A stretch of 64,000 nt of DNA, taken from NCBI GenBank assembly GCA_964384105.1, contig CAYLJV010000001.1, positions 224,001 to 288,000 of the forward strand, read 5' to 3'. The notes beneath the pieces were generated by a model that saw nothing but the letters and a program-made list of their open reading frames with translations, made no database searches and was not told where the DNA came from. This stretch comes from Candidatus Hadarchaeota archaeon (GTDB taxonomy: Archaea; Hadarchaeota; Hadarchaeia; Hadarchaeales; JAGGTB01). Both the position numbers and the translations under genes were made by a program. This document shows, one piece after another, positions 42,965 to 51,898 of this stretch; the stretch's first letter is position 1; each line of letters opens with the position of its first letter.

Positions 42965-44923
42965 ATGAAAAAGAGTTCTAATCTGCCTTCTATTTCCAGA
43001 GATGTGAAGGAAATATTAGACGTTCTTGAAAGGCAGGAGGGGAGGGACCTTCGCTTTTACGAAAGTGTGTGTAAGTATTCCAAGAGATTTCTACATTTTT
43101 TTACAAAGGATATGAAGCTCGAGAGCAAGATGATGAAAAAGATAGCTTGGGCCAAACTGAGAGTAACTCCCTCTGAATGGTGGGCCGGATTTATCTCTCT
43201 CACTATGATACCGGTCTTGTTTTCTGTTTTCTTAGCTTTTACTTTGTTTGTTAGCGGAAGTTTAATGTCTCATTGGTATCTTCCGGTGTTTACTCTTGGT
43301 CTATCCGGTCTTTTAGGGACTTCTTTTTATTATTACCCGGTTAGTTTAGCGGACATAGAAAAAACAGAAGCTCAGTCCCGTGCAATTGAGACTATAATGT
43401 TGCTTAGTTTTGTTTTACAAAATAGAACTGATTTAAGAGGGGCTGCAATATTCGCTGGAAATGCAAGTGAGGGAAAACTTGCTGAAGAGATACGTGATGG
43501 TTTACTCAATCTTGACCAAAAACGTGATTATGACACGGTTAGAGAACTGTTCATATTTATAGCTCATAGGTGGAGGGAGATTGATGAAGGCATTCGGAGG
43601 GCTATTTTTGATATTTTAAGATCTACAGGCCAGTCTGAAGAGTCTTTAAGAAGGCAGGATGTGTCGAAAGCACCTGAAAGAGTGATTAATAGCTGTGAAA
43701 ATCAACTCGGAACAAAGTTAGATTCCATAGTAATGCCGACAATGACCTTTATGGTCTTTGGATCTTTAGCGATAGTGGGGGTAATTGGGCTTTCACCTAT
43801 TTATGGAATGATCGGGATGGAGTTCATTGATCTTAAGTTTTTCTTATTGGCTTCAGGTATTCTTATTGTGAGTTTTCTCGTCTTCACTATTCTTATAGAA
43901 AGACGTAGGCCAGTTACATTGCCACCTCCTAGAATTTCTCCGGAAGACCCCCGGGTTTATCCTGAAGGGAAATCCAAATTTTTTGGAAAATATGTGCCCA
44001 TTTGGGTTCCTTCTTTTATTTTATTCTTAGGAATCTCTTTTCCGGGTTTGCTATATGTTTCTGGTATTTTTACAGATATTTACTTGATTAGTGGATTGAA
44101 TACTTTTTGGTTTGTTTGGGCTGTGGCAGCGTCTTTTTCTCTTTATTCACATCTTAGAGTTGGTTCTAGGGCTGAAATAAGGGAAAAAGTTCGGAAAGCA
44201 ACTAGAGATTGGGTAATCGCTTTTAGTACTGTTGGTTCTAGAGTGATTGATGGACAACCTATGAAAAGAGCTATGAAGGAAACCTCGGAGATAATGTCTG
44301 AGTCGAAGGTCGGTAGACAACTGGAGCAGGCAACAGGAACTATGGACAGATTATCGGTAAGCATGAGCTACGCTTTTTTTAAGACCGGAATATCTAAGCG
44401 AATTTATAATCCTTTAATTTCCAGTTTTCTTGGAGTTATAATCGAAATTAAAAAGGGATCAGAAGAGGCCGCGGGTGAAGCTGCTATGTTGGCTTCTGAA
44501 TTTCTTGATACACTTGCTGGTGTTGAGAAAGGATTTAAGCAGCGAATAGGGGAGGCTACTGGAAATTTATGGTTAATGGCTATAGTCCTTTTACCGGTGG
44601 TAAGTTCCTTATCGGTATGGATCATGGATTTTATGGGTGAGATCTCCTTATCAGCTAGTTTATCAGCTGAGAAAGCAGGTCTATCTGATTTCCCTATACT
44701 AATCGAGTCTATGGGATCTTTGGAAATTGCTTTTTTGAAATTGATAATGGGATTAACTGTAATAGCATTGATAGTGATTTTGGTCAGACATATTTCGGTT
44801 ATTAGATCAGGTCGAGATTCAATAGATTTCTGGAATTCGCTTCCTTTTGCTGTTTTGTTGGGTACTTTCTTGTTTACCCTTTCTTATTGGGGATTTGGCC
44901 TTCTGAAGGCTGCTGGTATCTAG
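42965..44923 (+). CDS. TadB/TadC-like (T2SS F) membrane platform protein, two domains
   Basis: Two cytoplasmic-domain plus TM-block repeats; immediately follows the secretion ATPase. Confidence 0.72.
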   Translation: MKKSSNLPSISRDVKEILDVLERQEGRDLRFYESVCKYSKRFLHFFTKDMKLESKMMKKIAWAKLRVTPSEWWAGFISLTMIPVLFSVFLAFTLFVSGSLMSHWYLPVFTLGLSGLLGTSFYYYPVSLADIEKTEAQSRAIETIMLLSFVLQNRTDLRGAAIFAGNASEGKLAEEIRDGLLNLDQKRDYDTVRELFIFIAHRWREIDEGIRRAIFDILRSTGQSEESLRRQDVSKAPERVINSCENQLGTKLDSIVMPTMTFMVFGSLAIVGVIGLSPIYGMIGMEFIDLKFFLLASGILIVSFLVFTILIERRRPVTLPPPRISPEDPRVYPEGKSKFFGKYVPIWVPSFILFLGISFPGLLYVSGIFTDIYLISGLNTFWFVWAVAASFSLYSHLRVGSRAEIREKVRKATRDWVIAFSTVGSRVIDGQPMKRAMKETSEIMSESKVGRQLEQATGTMDRLSVSMSYAFFKTGISKRIYNPLISSFLGVIIEIKKGSEEAAGEAAMLASEFLDTLAGVEKGFKQRIGEATGNLWLMAIVLLPVVSSLSVWIMDFMGEISLSASLSAEKAGLSDFPILIESMGSLEIAFLKLIMGLTVIALIVILVRHISVIRSGRDSIDFWNSLPFAVLLGTFLFTLSYWGFGLLKAAGI

Positions 44924-45020
44924 TTTTTTAATTTTCTATCAGTTGAGGTGAATGGACCAATACTATAAATGATAGTTATCATATTGTGGATAGGTTATTG
45001 CTTCCGGATTTTGTGATAAA

Positions 45021-45977
45021 ATGAAATATGAAGTCGAATTGATAGAGCCTGAAGAGAAAGATAGGCTTATTGGCGAGAAATACAAGGAAAGCGTTTCTTA
45101 CGGTGGAAAAGCTAACCTAGAGGGAACTTGTATAAAATTACTGACGAATATCGAAGAATTCAAGGATATGTGGACAGACAATTTCAAAACTATGAGTGAA
45201 GATATCAGGCCCCATGGGCGGGTATTTGCTCTCTCTACTGAGGATGAGGCTAAGAGAGTATTGTACGAACCGATTTCAAAAACGTGTTTTCTTTTGAATT
45301 ACGGTTACTACGGCTTTGTCAAGAGTCTTGCATTAGCAGTAGCAGGAGATTTTTTGGAGGAGTACAGGTCGGTTCACTCACGTTACTCCGTTCATGGGGC
45401 TGCTGTTGATCATAAGGGGATAGGAACCGCCATAATCGCCCCCACCGGGGTTGGTAAGACGACCCAGTCTTATGGTCTATTGCTGGCAGGAGGAGTTAGG
45501 TTAGTTGCGGATGATTGGTTTTATACGACGCTTGTAGGAAACGAGGTAGAGGCTAAGGCATCAGAGAAGAATAATTATATTCGAGTTGAGATGGCTGCTG
45601 ACTGGGAAGAATATAAGGGTCTACTTAGCGGTTTGACCCTTGACGAGAGAGGGAGAGCAGTTGTAAATGTAAGAAGAATATTGGGTGAGGGGGCTATGAA
45701 GGACTTCACTACTTTGAGAAACGTTGTTCTTATGAAGAGGGATCGAGATGATGATGAAATATTTAAGGAGATTGGCAGCGATGAGGCACTTAAGTTTATA
45801 TTAAAACACGATTTTTGTAATCCCCACCAATTGGTTAGAGATAAGAGAAAGATGAATCTCCGAAAGAAATTTTTCAAAGATTTTTTTGAGAGAACTAACG
45901 TTTATATGATAAATACTACCGTTTCGGTGAAAGAGAATCAAGACCAACTTCGAAAAATAGTTTTCGAGGAATTCTAA
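45021..45977 (+). CDS. HPr-kinase/PEPCK-like P-loop protein
   Basis: 'SVHGAAVD..G.G.AIIAPTGVGKTT' and 'LVADDW' match the HprK-type nucleotide-binding motifs. Confidence 0.75.
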   Translation: MKYEVELIEPEEKDRLIGEKYKESVSYGGKANLEGTCIKLLTNIEEFKDMWTDNFKTMSEDIRPHGRVFALSTEDEAKRVLYEPISKTCFLLNYGYYGFVKSLALAVAGDFLEEYRSVHSRYSVHGAAVDHKGIGTAIIAPTGVGKTTQSYGLLLAGGVRLVADDWFYTTLVGNEVEAKASEKNNYIRVEMAADWEEYKGLLSGLTLDERGRAVVNVRRILGEGAMKDFTTLRNVVLMKRDRDDDEIFKEIGSDEALKFILKHDFCNPHQLVRDKRKMNLRKKFFKDFFERTNVYMINTTVSVKENQDQLRKIVFEEF

Positions 45978-46109
45978 ATTTTTTGATTTACACTTTTTAA
46001 AAAGAGGACACTTCTTTTGTTGTGTTTCTAGACGTTATCTACCTTTGATGTTGTTTAATGGGGGAAGACACATTAAATGAGATATCGCTAAAATCTTTAG
46101 AGGGATTGA

Positions 46110-46676
46110 ATGAACAGATCAGAAGTTATAAAGATAATCAGACAGGCTTTACCAATACTACTTTTTTGCGCTCTTATTCAATTGGGTTCTGGTTCTTTAT
46201 TGGGTGGTTTAGAAAATAAGTTCAACATGTTACCCGGTCTCTTAGTGATGGTTCCTCCTTTGTTGGATCTTAGGGGAAACATTAACGGGGCTTTAGCGTC
46301 CCGCCTTTCTTCTGGTCTTCATCAAGGAGTAGTAGATTCAGAAGTTCTTTGGGGATCAGAGGTTAAGACGAATTTGAAGGCCTCTATTTTCCTTACGTTT
46401 ATGGTCTCTGCTTTGACGGGAGTATTAGCTTTTTTAATAACGATTTTGACTGGCCTGCACCCGTTTTCAATTTATCTTTTGTTTGTTTTGATTTCTGTGG
46501 GATTGATTGCAGGGACAATTTCAGGATTTGGTTTGGCTAGTCTTACTATTATAGTAGCCATGATTTCTTACCGGAGAGGTTGGGACCCAGATAATATTAC
46601 TAGCCCCCTTATGGCGACTCTTGGAGATATTTTAACGGTTTTCGCGATTTATATAGCGATTTTTATGCTGGTGTGA
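46110..46676 (+). CDS. MgtE/SLC41-like divalent cation transporter membrane subunit
   Basis: 'P...DLRGNI.G.LASRLSS.LH.G' and 'GWDPDN..SP..ATLGD'. Confidence 0.88.
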   Translation: MNRSEVIKIIRQALPILLFCALIQLGSGSLLGGLENKFNMLPGLLVMVPPLLDLRGNINGALASRLSSGLHQGVVDSEVLWGSEVKTNLKASIFLTFMVSALTGVLAFLITILTGLHPFSIYLLFVLISVGLIAGTISGFGLASLTIIVAMISYRRGWDPDNITSPLMATLGDILTVFAIYIAIFMLV

Positions 46677-47233
46677 AAATGTCTGTTTATAGCTTCAAAA
46701 AGATAGTTCGAGAGAGTTATCGGATATTGATTGTTACAGTTTTGATTGGATTAGCGTCCGGGTACATGCTGGAGGCCTATTCTGGGAGAATCACTGCAAT
46801 AATTTTGGCTATGGTGCCACCAATAAATGGAATTGGGGGTAACATTGGGAGCATTCTTGGCGCTAGACTTTCTTCTGCATTACATCTGGGGACTGTGACT
46901 CCCGATTTCAGAGAGAATGAACCTTTAAAAACAAATATTTTCGCTTCGGCTTCATTGGGTGTAATAGTGTATGGTTTTATTGGGCTGTTTTTTTTTGTCT
47001 CTTCCTTAATTACAGGTAGCACGGCATTAGAGTCAATTAGAGTCGCGATGATTTTTTTTGGTGCGGGCATACTCCTGATTAGTATAATAATTTTTACGAG
47101 CGTATCTTCGGCATTTATATCGTATAGCAGAGGGACAGACCCGGATAATGTTGTAATCCCTGTGGTTACAACGATCGTGGATGTCGCAGGAGTAATAAGT
47201 TTACTTATGATGATAAGAATAATAGGAATGTGA
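46673..47233 (+). CDS. MgtE/SLC41-like transporter membrane subunit (paralog)
   Basis: 'P....GGNIGSILGARLSSALHLG' and 'G.DPDNVVIP.VTT..D'. Confidence 0.88.
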   Translation: MKMSVYSFKKIVRESYRILIVTVLIGLASGYMLEAYSGRITAIILAMVPPINGIGGNIGSILGARLSSALHLGTVTPDFRENEPLKTNIFASASLGVIVYGFIGLFFFVSSLITGSTALESIRVAMIFFGAGILLISIIIFTSVSSAFISYSRGTDPDNVVIPVVTTIVDVAGVISLLMMIRIIGM

Positions 47234-47237
47234 GCTT

Positions 47238-48425
47238 ATGGATAATGATCACAAAAAACCGATGAACGTTCGGGAGCTTTTGACCGAAACCAAGAACGTT
47301 TCTGACCTTATAATCGATCTTGCTTATGCTTCTGTTCTGTATGAAAGTGAGGATCTGGCGGAGCAGGTTCGGGAATTAGAAGAACGAATGGATGAGTTGA
47401 TGTACCAGATAAGGACTGAAGTAACCATTTCTGTGAGGAATTACGAAGATGCTGAAAGTGCAACTGGTATATTACAGGTTGCTGGTGCTGCAGAATCTAT
47501 TTCGAACGCAGCAGGTGATATCGCGAATCTTGTACTTAGGGATATTGAGATACATCCAGTGGTTAAGGACTCTTTGAGAGAAGCAAACGAGAAAATATCT
47601 AGGGTAGAGGTTGGTGGAGATTCTGACTTGAGGGGAGAGAGTTTATCAAGTCTTAATCTGCCTACAAGGTTTTCTGTTTGGGTTCTTGCTATAAATAAGG
47701 GTGATTCTTGGGTTGCTGCTCCAGATTCTAGCGAGGTTATTGAAGAAGGGGATGTTCTTGTAGTTAGGGGTTCTAGAGATGGGATCGATAAGTTCTGTCT
47801 TATGGCTGATTCACCTTCTATAGACTGGAAGGTGGGCAGGAAATATAAGCGGCTCAGGAATTTGTTGTCGAGTATGAGAGATAGTGGATGCTCCCTCGTT
47901 GATATGGCTTTCTATTCAGTTCTTTTCAAGTCAGAGGAGGTAGCGGAGGAAGTCAGGGAGTTAGAACAGAAGTTTGACGAGTTCAACTACGAAGCTTGGA
48001 GAGAGGTCCTAAAAGCTGCTAAGAGGGAAAAGGATGTTATGGAACTTAACAGTGCCCTTCAGGCAGTTAAGTCTCTTGAAAGTATATCCGATGCGGCCGA
48101 TTCTATTGCCGATGTTATATTGAGGGGAGTTGAACTCCATCCAGTGTTTGCACAAGCCTTGGATGAGGCGGAGGAGAGAATAGCAAAATTGGTTGTAAAT
48201 GAAAGTTCTTCTTTGATCGATCACACTTTTGAGGAGTTGGATCTGTGGAGAAGAATGGGATTGGATGTTTTTGTTATAAAAAAAGGAGATCATTATATTC
48301 TTAATCCTGGAATTCATACCACCATTCGTGCTGGAGACGTTTTGATCGTTAGAGGGTCTATTGATAGCGTTGAGGAACTTGTTGAAGTAGCTCAGGGAGA
48401 AAAGAAGTGGAGCCACTTAGAGTGA
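47238..48425 (+). CDS. PhoU-like/TrkA-C (RCK_C) regulatory protein, tandem-duplicated
   Basis: Two internal repeats 'L.D.A..SVL..SE..AE.VRELE...DE...ESIS.AA..IA...LR..E.HPV', each followed by a TrkA-C domain. Confidence 0.85.
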   Translation: MDNDHKKPMNVRELLTETKNVSDLIIDLAYASVLYESEDLAEQVRELEERMDELMYQIRTEVTISVRNYEDAESATGILQVAGAAESISNAAGDIANLVLRDIEIHPVVKDSLREANEKISRVEVGGDSDLRGESLSSLNLPTRFSVWVLAINKGDSWVAAPDSSEVIEEGDVLVVRGSRDGIDKFCLMADSPSIDWKVGRKYKRLRNLLSSMRDSGCSLVDMAFYSVLFKSEEVAEEVRELEQKFDEFNYEAWREVLKAAKREKDVMELNSALQAVKSLESISDAADSIADVILRGVELHPVFAQALDEAEERIAKLVVNESSSLIDHTFEELDLWRRMGLDVFVIKKGDHYILNPGIHTTIRAGDVLIVRGSIDSVEELVEVAQGEKKWSHLE

Positions 48426-48428
48426 ATT

Positions 48429-48974
48429 TTATATTTCGAGGCTTAAGAGTGCTGTATTTTCAAGTATGAGCTCTTCGATCGAGTAGTTTTTTAGAGATTT
48501 ATCAGAAATAGAATAGATTTTTATCAATTTTTCTTTCTTTTTGTCTGTCATCTCGAAAACGCTCCCTTCTCTCGTTATATTCAAACTTTTGACAATCCTT
48601 TTTCTGGTTTCTTTTACTTTTTTGTCGTCTTTCCCGATTGTGATAAGAGCTATCTTTTTTGAGTCTTTTTTAACTCCAACCAATCTTATTGCTTTGTCGA
48701 TTTGTCTTCTTCCAGCTACCCAGCAAGTCAATTCTATTTTTTGGGAGTCCGCAAAAGATTGATCGTTTTCTATAGCTTCAAGTGCCAGTTTTGAGGCGTG
48801 TAGTAAGTGTTTCTTTCCGACAATATTGTTGGCGTCAAAAATTTGGCTTATTGTTTTATTGGAGTTATCTATCTCATCGATCTTTTCTAGTGCCTTTTCT
48901 ATCTGAATTTTTTCAGACTTTCCACCGTATATATCTATGAATCTTTTACCAAAATTTCCTTTTACCTCTATCAT
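48429..48974 (-). CDS. cgi121: KEOPS complex subunit Cgi121
   Basis: 'Q.FDA..I.G..HL.HA...A', 'E....AGRRQI.KAI...G' and 'LE..ALL'. Confidence 0.85.
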   Translation of the reverse strand: MIEVKGNFGKRFIDIYGGKSEKIQIEKALEKIDEIDNSNKTISQIFDANNIVGKKHLLHASKLALEAIENDQSFADSQKIELTCWVAGRRQIDKAIRLVGVKKDSKKIALITIGKDDKKVKETRKRIVKSLNITREGSVFEMTDKKKEKLIKIYSISDKSLKNYSIEELILENTALLSLEI

Positions 48975-49098
48975 TTTCCTATTATGGGTTTTAGAGAATT
49001 ATTTAACTACTTTTGGTCGAAGTTTTTTCACAGATAAGGTTTTACCTTGAAAAAGCTCAATTACTTAAGTTTACTTTAGGTTGATTAGAAGGGTTATT

Positions 49099-49857
49099 AT
49101 GAGGTCAACGGCTAACAAACTGAAAATTGAAGACCTGATAAATGGTGAATATATTCAGTCTCCTGAAGGCGATCCGAATTATCTTGTTACTCCTTGGGAC
49201 CAGAAGGTTCTACGTATTAATCTAATTGCTACGATTGTTGACAGTTTCGTGAGGGACGATGGAGGTTATGCTACTTTAACTCTTGATGATGGAACTGGTA
49301 CTATTAGGGCCAAGTTTTGGTCTGATGAGGCTGACAAGGTGGAGGAATTTCAGATTGGTGATTTGGTTACTATAGTAGGAAAGGTTCGGGAATATGAGGG
49401 GGAGATTCATCTGGTTCCTGAGGTCGTAAGAGAGGTCGAGGATCCGAACTGGGAGCTTGTCAGGGAACTTGAAATTCTTGAAAACAGAAAGGGCTTGCTA
49501 CAAAAAGGGATCAAACCTGAGTTTGAAAGGGAAGCAGAGGGAGAACCGGAGGGACTTGAGTTTCCTTCTGAGTCGGAAGATGAGTTGGAACGAGTTGGAG
49601 AAATAGAAGACCTTGGCGAATCTTTGGATAAAGGAGAGCAGGAGGTATCAGATGAGCTGAAAGACAAGATCCTTTTGATATTAGATAAAATAGGGGATGA
49701 GGCAGGAGCTAATATAGAAGACGTATCTGACGAAATGGATGAGTCTCCTTCGGAAGTCGAAAAGGCCCTAGGGGTTTTATTAAATGAGGATAAAATATAC
49801 GAACCAGTAGCTGGTAAATTCAAAAGGTTAGGGTGGTCAGATGACGAAGAACTATGA
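49099..49857 (+). CDS. Replication protein A subunit (RPA32/RPA2-like: OB-fold, acidic linker, winged helix)
   Basis: OB-fold 'R.NL.ATIVD...TLDDGTG.IR...GK.REY', then 'PNWE', an acidic linker and C-terminal 'L....IYEP..G'. Confidence 0.8.
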   Translation: MRSTANKLKIEDLINGEYIQSPEGDPNYLVTPWDQKVLRINLIATIVDSFVRDDGGYATLTLDDGTGTIRAKFWSDEADKVEEFQIGDLVTIVGKVREYEGEIHLVPEVVREVEDPNWELVRELEILENRKGLLQKGIKPEFEREAEGEPEGLEFPSESEDELERVGEIEDLGESLDKGEQEVSDELKDKILLILDKIGDEAGANIEDVSDEMDESPSEVEKALGVLLNEDKIYEPVAGKFKRLGWSDDEEL

Positions 49858-50251
49858 AGAAATGTTGGATCAAGCATTAGGAGAGATTCCTGAGACATCA
49901 CGAAAAGAAGAGCGGTTTAAGATTCCTAAAGTAGAGGTAGATGTTTCTGGTAACCAAACAACTCTAAAAAATTTGAAGTCTATAGCGAATGACTTAGGGA
50001 GAGATCCCGATCACTTAATGAAGTATCTTCTAAATGAATTAGGAACTGCAGGTAACAGGGAAGGTTCGAAAGGGGTATTTCAAGGTAAGTTCAAAAAGAA
50101 ATCTATTCAGGAGAGAGTTAATGGTTACACGAGAGATTTTGTACTATGTGATGAGTGCGGTAAACCGGATACTAAACTGATTAAGGAAGGTCGCGTTAAG
50201 ATGAAAAAATGCGAAGCTTGTGGTGCCCGTTCTTCTATTCGGGGGGCCTAA
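49841..50251 (+). CDS. Translation initiation factor aIF-2 beta
   Basis: 'YEEMLD...ERF.IP', 'NELGT.G' and C..C..PDT...C.ACGA. Confidence 0.95.
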   Translation: MTKNYEEMLDQALGEIPETSRKEERFKIPKVEVDVSGNQTTLKNLKSIANDLGRDPDHLMKYLLNELGTAGNREGSKGVFQGKFKKKSIQERVNGYTRDFVLCDECGKPDTKLIKEGRVKMKKCEACGARSSIRGA

Positions 50252-50252
50252 A

Positions 50253-50543
50253 ATGCCTCAATTGTCTATAAAGAAGAGTAGTGGCGAAACAGTGGTAACA
50301 GTATGTGATTCCGATCTTTTCGGAAAAAGGCTTAGGGAAGGAAAATTCAAGCTAGAGGTTAAAGAATCTTTCTATGAGGGGGATGAAGCTAGCTTTGAAG
50401 AGTGTTTGGAGGCTCTAGATGAGGCCACTATAGGAAACCTTGTTGGTTCGATAGTGGAAAAGGCTATTGAAGCGGGTTATGTGAATCCGGATAATGTTTT
50501 AGAAATAGAAGGTGTCTCTCACGCACAGTTTGTGAGACTTTAA
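50253..50543 (+). CDS. DUF424 family protein
   Basis: 'VCD.DL.GK...G...L.V...FY.G', 'ATIGNLVG' and 'I.GV.HAQ'. Confidence 0.88.
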   Translation: MPQLSIKKSSGETVVTVCDSDLFGKRLREGKFKLEVKESFYEGDEASFEECLEALDEATIGNLVGSIVEKAIEAGYVNPDNVLEIEGVSHAQFVRL

Positions 50544-50653
50544 GCTGTCTTGCTAATTACCGGTAATAAGTTCTCTTATCTGTGGTTAAAGGAAATTTTT
50601 GACGATTATTTGGATTATCCTAATAACATTTGTCGGATATTGTTTACTAGGGG

Positions 50654-51439
50654 ATTGATAGCGTAGTTAGTTCTGTTTTTTCAGCGTTTATTTTAACAAT
50701 ATTTGCTGGTCTTTCTACAGGTGTAGGGGCTTTGATAGCTTATTTTATTAAGGAACCTAAGTTTAGCTACCTTTCTTTTCTGATGGGATTTTCTGCAGGT
50801 GTAATGATTTATATATCTTTTATGGAATTGCTTTCAACCGCTATTGGGGAGATTGGTTTTGTTCTTGCTAATTTAGGCTTTTTTGGTGGAATCGGAGCAA
50901 TTTATTTGGTGGATAAGTTCATTCCGCATGTTCATATGGATACTAAACCGGATACTTTTCACGAGTCAGAGGATTTTGCCGAAAAAAGAAAGAGGCTAGC
51001 AGATGTGGGAATACTTACTGCTATTGGTATAGCGATCCATAATTTTCCAGAGGGAATGGCAGTCTTTGCAGTTTCTTTGGAATCGATTTCGGTCGGGATT
51101 CCAATCGCTATTGCGATAGCAATCCATAATATTCCTGAGGGAATTGCCGTTTCTGTTCCTATCTACTATGCTACGGGCGATGAAAGAAAGGCTTTTGGAT
51201 ATTCCTTCTTTTCAGGGGTTGCGGAGCCAATTGGTGCGGCCATCGGATTTCTAATATTGTTACCCTTTTTGACGGATTTGGTGTTAAATCTTACACTTGC
51301 AGTCGTAGGTGGAATTATGGTTTTTATTAGTTTTGATGAGCTTCTGCCTATTTCAAAAGAATACGGTAACGAGCATCTTTCAAGCATGGGGTTATTTCTT
51401 GGAATGCTTGTCATGATGATTAGTTTATCGTTTTTGTGA
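50654..51439 (+). CDS. zupT: ZIP family zinc transporter ZupT (start probably ATT at 50654)
   Basis: HNFPEG and HNIPEG motifs plus SGVAEP. The conserved first TM (AFILTIFAGLSTGVG) lies in frame upstream of the tracked TTG at 50732. Confidence 0.9.
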   Translation: MDSVVSSVFSAFILTIFAGLSTGVGALIAYFIKEPKFSYLSFLMGFSAGVMIYISFMELLSTAIGEIGFVLANLGFFGGIGAIYLVDKFIPHVHMDTKPDTFHESEDFAEKRKRLADVGILTAIGIAIHNFPEGMAVFAVSLESISVGIPIAIAIAIHNIPEGIAVSVPIYYATGDERKAFGYSFFSGVAEPIGAAIGFLILLPFLTDLVLNLTLAVVGGIMVFISFDELLPISKEYGNEHLSSMGLFLGMLVMMISLSFL

Positions 51440-51533
51440 TTTTTTTAATAATTCAGTGTTGCTGGTTATTAGTGGACAACTATTTAACAAAAAAATAATT
51501 TTTTCTCTAGTTTGTGTTCAAAAAACCTTAAAA

Positions 51534-51574
51534 TTCATAAAAGTATGAAAAGTATTAAATGTATGAAAAGTAAT
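51534..51574 (+). promoter_or_regulatory. Four tandem 9-bp direct repeats upstream of an AbrB-family gene (putative operator)
   Basis: AAAAGTATG-AAAAGTATT-AAATGTATG-AAAAGTAAT at 51539-51574, overlapping the palindrome TTCATA-N4-TATGAA. Confidence 0.6.
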
Positions 51575-51584
51575 TCTTAATTAG

Positions 51585-51836
51585 ATGGTTAAAATGAAGG
51601 ATAAGAATAGTCATGAACCGAAATTCTATGGTTCTTCCTCTGTGGGATCAAAGGGTCAGATAGTAATACCTTCTGAGTTAAGGAAAGAAGTTGGGATAGA
51701 ACCCGGTGATAATCTGCTTTTTCTCTGTAGGCATGGGAATGAGAAAGGATTCAGTGTAATAAAGCCGGAGGCTCTTTTCGAAATGGAAGAGAAGATTCGA
51801 AAGCTGAGAGAAAAGGTTGAAGAAGTCAACGAGTAA
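51585..51836 (+). CDS. AbrB/MazE/SpoVT family DNA-binding protein
   Basis: 'FYGSSSVGSKGQIVIPSELRKEVGIEPGDNL'. Confidence 0.9.
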   Translation: MVKMKDKNSHEPKFYGSSSVGSKGQIVIPSELRKEVGIEPGDNLLFLCRHGNEKGFSVIKPEALFEMEEKIRKLREKVEEVNE

Positions 51837-51898
51837 ATGTTGGGATTAGATGTTCATTCGATTTTGATCTCTATAATTTTTGTTAAAAAGGAGAAATT

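Noticed and set aside
49407-49901. Long Ser-rich antisense ORF (and similar shadow ORFs throughout the window)
   Set aside because: It mirrors the Glu-rich sense-strand codons of a well-supported gene.
51539-51574. Tandem repeats as a CRISPR remnant
   Set aside because: The units are 9 bp with no spacers, and there are no cas genes. No CRISPR array was seen anywhere in the window.
51585-51836. AbrB gene as the antitoxin of a toxin-antitoxin pair
   Set aside because: No adjacent PIN or MazF toxin; the downstream genes encode an ABC exporter.
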